Virus record (IMG/VR): IMGVR_UViG_3300027832_000016 | Coordinates: 3,802-67,801 of that record | Length of the DNA stretch: 64,000 bases | Origin: a virus | Reading direction: 5' to 3' (one strand) | Part shown: positions 17,751 through 25,687 of the stretch, piece after piece | Numbering within the stretch: position 1 is the stretch's first letter | Layout: each line of letters begins with the position of its first letter | The notes under the pieces: model-generated | What the model was told of the DNA's origin: nothing | Databases searched by the model: none | Seen by the model: only the letters and a program-made list of their open reading frames with translations | Translations under genes and position numbers: made by a program

Positions 17751-18863
17751 ATGGCACTACCAGCACCAGTAGGTGGAGCAATCACAGGAGCAGGACTTGG
17801 TTCAATCACAACCACGGGCTACTCAAGCGATGCAACCCTTTCCCCAGCAATTCAACAGATTTGGTCAAAAGAGATTTTGTTTCAGGCAATGCCTGTTCTC
17901 CGCTTTGAGCAATTCGCCGTCAAGAAAACAGAACTCGGCGTACAGCCTGGTTTGACAATCAACTTCATGCGTTACAGCAACCTCGCAACGGATGAGGACA
18001 CAGGTGCAACCTTGACTGAAGGTGTGCGTATGGAGCCAGTCGCTCTGTCTGCATCACAGATTCAGATCACAGTTGGCGAACAAGGCCAGGCCCTTGCCGT
18101 AACCGAACTGTTGCTCAACGCTTCGTTCGATGACGTGATGGCTTCGTCCAGTCGTTTGCTCGGTCGTCACATGGCACAGTCCATGGACATCCAAGCGCGT
18201 AACACGCTGTACAAGACAGCCATTCCATTCGGTGGTGGTTCTGCTGTAGCAGCGAACCTCGTCTACGGTCGCAACGTCGCATCTGGTGCTCGTACAACGA
18301 TCTCGCCATACGACGCTGGTACTGTTGGTACTGCCGCCGCCCCTGGCTATCTGTCCCCAGCAGCCATCAAAGATGCCGTTACGGTTCTTTCTGGCCAAAA
18401 CATCCCACGCCTTGGTGATACCTACGTTTGCTTCGTTCACCCAGCACAGAGCCGCTCGCTCCGTGACTGGCCTGAATTCATTGAAGTAACCAAGTACGCT
18501 GCCCCAGGCAACTTCATGCTCGGTGAAATCGGTCGTATCTACGACGTAGTGTTCATTGAGACCACACAGGTTAAGAAGGGCCTTGACGCAACAGCGTCAA
18601 CTGGCGCTATCTACGGCCTTTCAGGTGTTGATGCTGACTCAGGCACCGAAGGTGTTCAAGAGAACGCCAATGCGTACAACGCCATCATGATTGGTGACAA
18701 CGCCTTTGGTCACGCCATTGCTTTGCCAGTGGAACTCCGTGATGGTGGTGTCATTGACTTCGGTCGTGAGCATGGTCTTGCTTGGTACTCCATTTGGGGT
18801 TTCGGCATGATTACCCACGAATCGCGTGTCATTCTAAACACACTCGGTGGTGCAATCGCCTGA
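17751..18863 (+). CDS. Major capsid protein (N4 gp56-like, HK97 fold)
   Basis: GLTINFMRY, LTEGV, YVCFVHP, GEIGRIYDVVFIET motifs; strong codon bias. Confidence 0.92.
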   Translation: MALPAPVGGAITGAGLGSITTTGYSSDATLSPAIQQIWSKEILFQAMPVLRFEQFAVKKTELGVQPGLTINFMRYSNLATDEDTGATLTEGVRMEPVALSASQIQITVGEQGQALAVTELLLNASFDDVMASSSRLLGRHMAQSMDIQARNTLYKTAIPFGGGSAVAANLVYGRNVASGARTTISPYDAGTVGTAAAPGYLSPAAIKDAVTVLSGQNIPRLGDTYVCFVHPAQSRSLRDWPEFIEVTKYAAPGNFMLGEIGRIYDVVFIETTQVKKGLDATASTGAIYGLSGVDADSGTEGVQENANAYNAIMIGDNAFGHAIALPVELRDGGVIDFGREHGLAWYSIWGFGMITHESRVILNTLGGAIA

Positions 18864-18878
18864 GAATAATAATGTAGT

Positions 18879-18917
18879 GTTAGGGGGGGCGGAGTAACGT
18901 ACTTCGTCCCCCTTTAA
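18879..18917 (+). terminator. Hairpin after the capsid gene (terminator/stabiliser)
   Basis: GTTAGGGGGGGCGGAGTA-acg-TACTTCGTCCCCTTTAAC. Confidence 0.6.
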
Positions 18918-18940
18918 CAACCAACAATGAGGAGAAACAC

Positions 18941-19174
18941 ATGGCAACAAAGAAAGCAATTACAGAATTTGTAGAAGACGAGGAAATTGCTGAAGTTCCC
19001 GCACCAGAACCCCTAGTCCTTACTAAGGACGAAGTGTCCGCAAGGGTTAAAGGAACTTGGACCTTGTTTTATGCCCAAGCATCATATGACTTTGTTGATG
19101 GGACACGCTACAAACTCTCACGCGATTTGTATGAGTACCTAAAGCGTTCAGGAAACATCTACGACACACTCTGA
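18941..19174 (+). CDS. Small capsid-associated hypothetical protein
   Basis: GAGGAG RBS, follows the MCP. Confidence 0.75.
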   Translation: MATKKAITEFVEDEEIAEVPAPEPLVLTKDEVSARVKGTWTLFYAQASYDFVDGTRYKLSRDLYEYLKRSGNIYDTL

Positions 19175-19181
19175 GGTTTAA

Positions 19182-19820
19182 ATGCCAGGATTAATAGTAC
19201 CCAACGCAAACGAGTATGGGGCATCAATCCAGAGCCTCGACCAGGCGGAACCAGACTCCTTAGACTTTAGTATCTTAGGAAATGCGAACTATGGTGTCCT
19301 TACTGGCTGTGACATCACCGTGTCAGGGGCCAGTGACGGAAGTGCAACTCTTACTGTAGGGGAAGTCATTATTAATGGCGCTTACGGATACCTCGGGATT
19401 GGGGCCCTTACCTTTACAGCACCTAGTGCTGACCCACGTTTTGACATAGTTGTCGCCAGCGTATCTGCTGGGGTATTCTCGTATGCAACGGTATTGGGTA
19501 CTTCTGACGCAACAAACCCCGTTTTCCCAATCATTGCGTCAACACAGGTACCACTGTTTGCCCTCTACCGAAAATCTGGTGTTTCACTATCTGCAACGAG
19601 TGTGGTTGATAAGCGCAGATTTAGTAAGGCCGTTAGGACAGGCACAGCAGTCCCAACAATTGCCGCTTCCACTGGGGATACTTATGTTCGTACAGGGTCT
19701 TCTCCCGCATCTGGACAATCCACGATGTATGTGTACGTTGGAGGTCTTTGGAAAAACTTAGGGGAGTATGTTGCTCCTCCAGACCCAGAACTTCATCAGT
19801 TCTTGTTTTCTGGGCTGTGA
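19182..19820 (+). CDS. Putative virion structural protein
   Basis: Beta-rich, PRFDIVV motif, head-neck region. Confidence 0.65.
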   Translation: MPGLIVPNANEYGASIQSLDQAEPDSLDFSILGNANYGVLTGCDITVSGASDGSATLTVGEVIINGAYGYLGIGALTFTAPSADPRFDIVVASVSAGVFSYATVLGTSDATNPVFPIIASTQVPLFALYRKSGVSLSATSVVDKRRFSKAVRTGTAVPTIAASTGDTYVRTGSSPASGQSTMYVYVGGLWKNLGEYVAPPDPELHQFLFSGL

Positions 19821-19972
19821 CCGAAGAGCGACTTCTTCCAGTTCCTTCTGGAACGGTTACTGACATTGTTCGTGTTAGGCGAGCACCTGTTGGGCGATTT
19901 AGGGAACAACAGCCAGCCCTTAACCAGCCAATGCAAGATACGGTTCCGGGCTCTGGGTCTGGTGACCAGTAA
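19817..19972 (+). CDS. Small hypothetical protein
   Basis: GTGA coupling with the previous stop. Confidence 0.55.
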   Translation: MTEERLLPVPSGTVTDIVRVRRAPVGRFREQQPALNQPMQDTVPGSGSGDQ

Positions 19973-19989
19973 TAAAGTAAACTAGTAGC

Positions 19990-20823
19990 ATGGAAACTCA
20001 ATACTCTGATACAGACATTACTAGGGTTACGACAATTGCTAGGAACTTTTTGCGCGACTTTCCTAAGTACTTCCAAACATCCTTTGATGCAGTTGGGCGA
20101 ACATACGAGTTGGGGAACCCAAACATTGATGCGGGCTCACTGTGGGTGGGAACCTACACTACTGGTAGCCCAACAACGATCACAGCCACAACAACCGATT
20201 CTGTTTACTATTCCTTGGATTCTCGTAATGGTGTGCTGCGCTTTAATTCAACCTTGGCGGCGGGCACTAAGGTTCTGGTAGAAGGTTATTACTACGAATG
20301 GGTAATCCCCACCGATTTGACCTTTTACGCAAGGCAATCCATTACCCAGCATGTCTATAACTTAGACCTACCCTTTAGTAATATGGCCCAAATTGTCATA
20401 GACACTATTGGGATGCATACGGTTGTTGAGGCTTTGTGGGGGTTAATGACGGAGTTCAGTCGAGACATTGATGTCACTACCTCAGAGTCAATTCATATTC
20501 CCGCCAGTCAACGGTTTAGGATGGTTCAAAGCCTTCTAGAGTACTGGATGAATGCCTACAACAAGCAGGCTAGGGCGCTTAACATTGGTGTTGAGAAGAT
20601 TGAAATGCTTAGTTTGCGCCGAGTGTCCAGAAGCACTGGAAGATTAGTTCCTCTCTACAAGGAGCGCGAACTCAATGAGTATGGCCCAGTTACCCAGGTG
20701 TTCCCTGAAATTGGTAAGGGGGATCTACAAATTGCGGAAGTTGAGGAAGAAATTCGTGAAGATGTTTATATCGACCTAGAACCAGTCACTGGGTTTTCTT
20801 CCGCTGCATTGTTAGGTTTCTAA
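19990..20823 (+). CDS. Putative head-tail adaptor/neck protein
   Basis: Position; mixed beta insertion and helical C-terminus. Confidence 0.65.
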   Translation: METQYSDTDITRVTTIARNFLRDFPKYFQTSFDAVGRTYELGNPNIDAGSLWVGTYTTGSPTTITATTTDSVYYSLDSRNGVLRFNSTLAAGTKVLVEGYYYEWVIPTDLTFYARQSITQHVYNLDLPFSNMAQIVIDTIGMHTVVEALWGLMTEFSRDIDVTTSESIHIPASQRFRMVQSLLEYWMNAYNKQARALNIGVEKIEMLSLRRVSRSTGRLVPLYKERELNEYGPVTQVFPEIGKGDLQIAEVEEEIREDVYIDLEPVTGFSSAALLGF

Positions 20824-20827
20824 GCGT

Positions 20828-21358
20828 ATGGACCCACGAAGGGAACTTACCCATATTCGGAAGAACTACAGGCAGTACCACAGGACCATAGGTGAGTTCA
20901 TCGTCTGGTTTCCATATATTAAAACGGGTACTGACGGGGTTGTATACGATGACATCTATGATGAGGGTAATTACCTTACAGGCGGTAAGACTTACGAAAC
21001 TGGGATAAGTGTTCCTGTTTTGATGATTACCGAAACTGAAGATACCAAGAGGGCAATTCCTGAAGGTCGTCAGCCAGTACAAGTAGTTAACGTCGTTATG
21101 TCTATAGAAGACATGCGCACTGCTGGAGTTCCAGAACCGTTTGAGTACCAGAGGCATTTAAATGACATGTTCTTCTACGACGCCAGGTATTACTCTGTGT
21201 CCATGTACCGTGTAAGAGGGCGGGCAAAAGACGACGTTCTCGTAGTGGTTGAAGGGCTTGAGGTCTATATTGACCAGGAAATGGTTAACGATCCAGGCCC
21301 AATGCCTATGGCGGTGCAGAGCCATCCGTGGCCCGCTAATTTCCCTATCTTAACCTGA
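20828..21358 (+). CDS. Putative head closure/stopper protein
   Basis: Position and beta-barrel-like sequence (YDDIYDEG...DMFFYDARYYSV). Confidence 0.6.
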   Translation: MDPRRELTHIRKNYRQYHRTIGEFIVWFPYIKTGTDGVVYDDIYDEGNYLTGGKTYETGISVPVLMITETEDTKRAIPEGRQPVQVVNVVMSIEDMRTAGVPEPFEYQRHLNDMFFYDARYYSVSMYRVRGRAKDDVLVVVEGLEVYIDQEMVNDPGPMPMAVQSHPWPANFPILT

Positions 21359-21416
21359 TAGAATATAGAGGCTTGACGTGCGTCAAGTAAACATCGCCTA
21401 GAACTAAGGAGCCCTC

Positions 21417-21818
21417 TTGAAAGGTAAACGACCTAGTTCTACCCCGATTGTAAAAGGGACGCCCTTCCCCGTTGCCTACCTTATGGATTTCTTTCTAAAC
21501 ATGGAGACAATCCTTTCAGAGACTGTAAGTGATGCCATGACCACTGAGGTCAAGCGCTTACGAAAAGAACTTCCAGCCATTGAGCCTGAGTACAAAACCC
21601 TGGCTAAAGACTTTGACATCATGTGGGATCAAAAAGAGATGATAATGAGTTATGGAGTCGGTGGGGATTCCAAATACCGCGCAGGCGAACTGGAGTATGG
21701 GACGCCAGAAACCCCCGCTAAATCTATAATCCGTAAGATCGCCATTTACCCAGCGTTGGCAGGGCAGGTTAGTGATAACTTGGATAAGGTTCTAGTACGA
21801 AGGACTAAGCAGTCGTGA
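21417..21818 (+). CDS. Putative neck/tail component (HK97 gp10-like C-terminus)
   Basis: LEYGTPETPAKSIIR resembles the 'LEYGT' motif of gp10-like proteins. Confidence 0.55.
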   Translation: MKGKRPSSTPIVKGTPFPVAYLMDFFLNMETILSETVSDAMTTEVKRLRKELPAIEPEYKTLAKDFDIMWDQKEMIMSYGVGGDSKYRAGELEYGTPETPAKSIIRKIAIYPALAGQVSDNLDKVLVRRTKQS

Positions 21819-22492
21819 AAACAGGGTTCATCCTTGCCGAGGACGAGGCGGTAAAACTACGGTTTAGTAACCTCACGGTGCGTGATGACAAGAATTCCGC
21901 CCGCCCAATAGGTGTGTACTTCAGGTACCCAGAAGCCGAGACGGAGCGGGACTACCCGTTCATAACCATAGAACTCATTGATGTCCTACACGCGACTGAT
22001 AGGCAACACTCTGATAACCCTATCTATGCGGACACCCAAACAGAGATGGGGAACGACTCTAGTTACTTCACTTATTGGCCTAGCGAGAAAAGTGATGTTA
22101 CTGGTCCAGTTCCCACTACCTTAGGGTTTGGGAACAATGATAGGTTCCAAATAGCAGACCCATTTATCCCAGTTGACCTTTTGTACCAAGTTTCTACCTA
22201 CTGTAGAAGCGCCCTTCACGACAGGCAACTTACTTCCTCCCTTCTACGAAAGGTAATTCCCTTTCGCTATAACTCAATATTCATTGAGGCGGACGGTACA
22301 ACTAGGCGTTTTGACACGCTCGATTGGACCAACGCTGACCTATTGGATACTGAGTCTGGATACAGAAAACGTATATTCCGTAAGGTGATAACATTGAAAA
22401 TGTCTGCGGAAATAACCCATCAAGATATGGACCACCTGGCCAGCACACTACCTGTCACATCTATACATAGTACAATTGCCCTTACCAATTAA
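21815..22492 (+). CDS. Tail completion/terminator protein
   Basis: YPFITIE...DLLYQVSTY motif, directly upstream of the sheath. Confidence 0.7.
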   Translation: MKTGFILAEDEAVKLRFSNLTVRDDKNSARPIGVYFRYPEAETERDYPFITIELIDVLHATDRQHSDNPIYADTQTEMGNDSSYFTYWPSEKSDVTGPVPTTLGFGNNDRFQIADPFIPVDLLYQVSTYCRSALHDRQLTSSLLRKVIPFRYNSIFIEADGTTRRFDTLDWTNADLLDTESGYRKRIFRKVITLKMSAEITHQDMDHLASTLPVTSIHSTIALTN

Positions 22493-22548
22493 AGTTTTAA
22501 GTTGAGTTTTAGACACTTTTGTCCAATTAACACTGTTTAGGAGATATC

Positions 22549-24096
22549 ATGGCATACGAGCGCCCAGGGGTTTACGTTAAGGAAGCCGCTTTTACAACGA
22601 ACATTTCAAACGCGACTGGTGCAACTCCAGGTGCATTCATTGGCTTGTCGGCTCGCGGCCCAATTACGCCAGTACTGGTAACGACATGGTCACAGTACAA
22701 GAATGTCTTTGGCAACTTAGAAAACACTTATGACCTCGGTTATGCGGTGTACCATTTCTTTGCTAACGGTGGGCAGGCTTGCTACGTAACCCGCGTAATT
22801 GATCCAACAGCGGTTACCGCTGTAAGTGTTGTGCAAGGAACTCCTACTGGTGGTAGCGCTGCGACGTTGTGGGCGTTAAATGCCAAGTCCCCTGGTGTTT
22901 GGGGCAACAGCCTTACCATAAACTACGTATTTGATTCAGACACATTAACAACCCCTACATCTGCACCCATGTTCAACAACGCATCAACATTCAGTATGTC
23001 AGTCTTGCTGAGTGGTTTGGAAGTAGAGTTGTGGACGGGACTTTCTACAGACCCTTCGTCTAACCGTTTCATGACGACTATCCTGAGCCTGTACTCGAAC
23101 TACGTGTCTACTTCTTCAGTTGCCACTGTTGCCTCTGGCACACCACTAGCCATTTTGGGTTTGGATATTGCAGACATGGATGTGTCTGGAACATTCGCTT
23201 CTGGCACAGATGGCTCAGAAAGCATTGATGCGTCTTCATGGGCTGTAGCCGTTGAGGCACATGATCTAGTCAAAGGCTCTTTGTTGTTCAACCTTGTAAA
23301 CCAGACGAGTTCAACCGTTATTAACGCCACAATCGCAACCCTAACGGTGCGCGGAGATTCATTCTTAATTGTTGATACCCCAAAAACCGCTACAACCAAG
23401 GCAGCACTCGTTTCGGCAGTTACGTCATACACGGCATCTAGTTATGCTGCTGTTTACGGCCCAGCCCTTAAGATGTTTGACCCAACCAAGACAGGTGCTG
23501 CCGCAGTGCGCGACACCTTCTGTGGTGGTGCTGTTGTTGGAGCGTTTGTTCGTTCAGAAGTAGAGCGTGGTGTATCCAAGGCCCCTGCTGGTTACGGACT
23601 AGATATCCGTAACGTGTTCGGGATTGTCGCCAACCTTACAGAGACTGAGCAAGGTGCTCTGTACAAGGATCAGCAACTAAACACATTCACAATTGTCCCA
23701 GGTGTTGGTGTCATCATCAATGGCTCGCGTACTCTTGCGCGAAACACAAAGGACAAGTTTGTAACGGTTCGCCGTTCCCTTAACTTCCTAAAGACAACTA
23801 CCAAGAATGCAACTACCTTTGCGTTGTTTGAGCCTAACGACGAGCGTCTATGGTCCACAATCTCTGTCAAACTTTCCGCCATGCTTACAACCTTCTGGGG
23901 AACTGGTGGCTTGAAAGGCAATACGGCGGGAGACGCCTTTTATGTAGTTTGTAGTTCAGTAAACAACACGGTCACGTCAATTGATGACGGAATAGTAAAT
24001 ATTGAGATAGGGGTTGCCTTGCAATCTCCTGCTGAATTCATTGTAATAAGCATCAGTCAATGGACTGGTGGAAGTACTGTAACTACGAGTATCTAG
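22549..24096 (+). CDS. Tail sheath protein
   Basis: YERPGVYVKE start, FFANGG, GVSKAPAG, FEPND, PAEFIVI. Confidence 0.95.
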   Translation: MAYERPGVYVKEAAFTTNISNATGATPGAFIGLSARGPITPVLVTTWSQYKNVFGNLENTYDLGYAVYHFFANGGQACYVTRVIDPTAVTAVSVVQGTPTGGSAATLWALNAKSPGVWGNSLTINYVFDSDTLTTPTSAPMFNNASTFSMSVLLSGLEVELWTGLSTDPSSNRFMTTILSLYSNYVSTSSVATVASGTPLAILGLDIADMDVSGTFASGTDGSESIDASSWAVAVEAHDLVKGSLLFNLVNQTSSTVINATIATLTVRGDSFLIVDTPKTATTKAALVSAVTSYTASSYAAVYGPALKMFDPTKTGAAAVRDTFCGGAVVGAFVRSEVERGVSKAPAGYGLDIRNVFGIVANLTETEQGALYKDQQLNTFTIVPGVGVIINGSRTLARNTKDKFVTVRRSLNFLKTTTKNATTFALFEPNDERLWSTISVKLSAMLTTFWGTGGLKGNTAGDAFYVVCSSVNNTVTSIDDGIVNIEIGVALQSPAEFIVISISQWTGGSTVTTSI

Positions 24097-24105
24097 GAGA
24101 TATCC

Positions 24106-24729
24106 ATGGCAAGCACCCAAAGAACAGACCCTCTACGTAACTTTAAGTTTACGGTTAATTTTGAACCCCTTGATGATGAACTAACCGCCCTCACAACGGG
24201 TATTGGTAATCTAGGGTTTGCCCAGGTCGGTGGCCTATCAGTACAAAACGAGTTGATTGCCTACCGCGAAGGTGGCATGAACACACATCCTCACAAAATG
24301 ATTGGTCAGTCTGACTTCCCAGCCGTAACCTTCGCTCGTGGGGCATTTGCCGAACAAAGCCAGTTGTGGTTGTGGCAGAAGTTTATGCACTCGTGGATCA
24401 ATGGTGGCGTCGGCGGCTTAGTAAATGGTGGTAAAGGAGATAATACTAACTACCGTTGCAATGTCATTGTAAAGGTGTATGACCACCCATACACTTCGAG
24501 TGACGCTAGGTACAGCATGGACAGCGCTGATGCCAGTGGCCCATTACTCAAGCATGGCAACGTCAAGGTGGCTTTTAAGTTGTTTAACGCTTGGCCAGGT
24601 GCCTATGGCCTCAGCGACTTGAACGCTGGTGACAACGGAATCATGGTGCAACAGATGAACATACACCACGAGGGTTTTACGGTAGCATGGACGCAGGATG
24701 AGATCAAGGATATTGCTACAGCAAACTAG
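24106..24729 (+). CDS. Tail tube protein (T4 gp19-like)
   Basis: DPLRNFKF, GFAQVGGL, YREGG, NAWP motifs. Confidence 0.92.
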   Translation: MASTQRTDPLRNFKFTVNFEPLDDELTALTTGIGNLGFAQVGGLSVQNELIAYREGGMNTHPHKMIGQSDFPAVTFARGAFAEQSQLWLWQKFMHSWINGGVGGLVNGGKGDNTNYRCNVIVKVYDHPYTSSDARYSMDSADASGPLLKHGNVKVAFKLFNAWPGAYGLSDLNAGDNGIMVQQMNIHHEGFTVAWTQDEIKDIATAN

Positions 24730-24754
24730 TACAACTAAAAACAAGGAGCAGTAA

Positions 24755-25549
24755 ATGTCTACACAATCGGAAGCAACATCCCTTGCATCTGCAATGCAAG
24801 ACCCAACACCACGAATTGGTGTTACCCCTAAAACAACAACTGAGTTGTTTCGTGGGGTGTACAACCAAGAGGCACGACAATGGGAAACTACCGCAACAGT
24901 CAATGAGTTGACTGGTGAGGACGAAGAAGCGCTTGCTTCTATGGACGCGGATAATGGGCTGCTGTACGCACAGTACATGTCGGCCCTTCTTAAACGGAGC
25001 GTAGTTTCCATTGGAAACACCCTTATAAGCAACCACCCAGAAACCATTGATTCCCTAATTATTGGGGATAGAGATATGTTGTTCTTGGCCACAGTACGGG
25101 CCACCTATGGTGACTATCGTGAATACGAAATAAACTGCCCTCATTGCGGAAAATCAAATGATGTACAAATTGGCTTAGATGAGTTCCCAATCCGTAAAGG
25201 AGTGGGCAACCCACAGGAACCTTTAATAGTGACACTTAAGGATGGCACACTACAGGCTTTTAGGCTTATGACTGGCGCGGATAGCCAGTATGTGAGCAAG
25301 AAGGCCAAGACTGTTCCTGAGCAAAACACCATTCTAATCGCACGATGCGCTGAGTGGGCTGATGGGCAGAAACCAAATAGCCCAGAGGATTGGGCTAAAA
25401 AGTTAGGAAGTAAAGATCGTTCCAAGATCATTGACAAGTTGTTAAAGGCCCAGCCAGGCCCTGATATTAAGGAGGTGGAAGCCCTTTGCGCCCATTGTGG
25501 AAAAGCATTCCCAATCATGCTCAACTGGGCCTCACTTTTATTCGGCTAA
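24755..25549 (+). CDS. Tail assembly chaperone/baseplate hub assembly protein (T4 gp26-like, two CxxC)
   Basis: ELTGEDEE, IGDRD, CPHCG and CAHCG; between tube and tape measure. Confidence 0.75.
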   Translation: MSTQSEATSLASAMQDPTPRIGVTPKTTTELFRGVYNQEARQWETTATVNELTGEDEEALASMDADNGLLYAQYMSALLKRSVVSIGNTLISNHPETIDSLIIGDRDMLFLATVRATYGDYREYEINCPHCGKSNDVQIGLDEFPIRKGVGNPQEPLIVTLKDGTLQAFRLMTGADSQYVSKKAKTVPEQNTILIARCAEWADGQKPNSPEDWAKKLGSKDRSKIIDKLLKAQPGPDIKEVEALCAHCGKAFPIMLNWASLLFG

Positions 25550-25685
25550 TATAGTAAGTACATACTGGGACTACGATTCGATTGCTGCTGTTTACAAGGG
25601 CTTCTCGCTCAAGGATATTAAAACGATGACGGTGCGTCAGCGCACTTACTGGTCGGCAATGAGCAGATGGCATAGACAGGACTAA
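25536..25685 (+). CDS. Second tail-chaperone segment, probably reached by frameshift
   Basis: YWDYDSIAAVYKGFSLKDIKTMTVRQRTYW resembles chaperone GT/gp51-type tails; no good start of its own. Confidence 0.55.
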   Translation, partial: FYSANIVSTYWDYDSIAAVYKGFSLKDIKTMTVRQRTYWSAMSRWHRQD

Positions 25686-25687
25686 TC

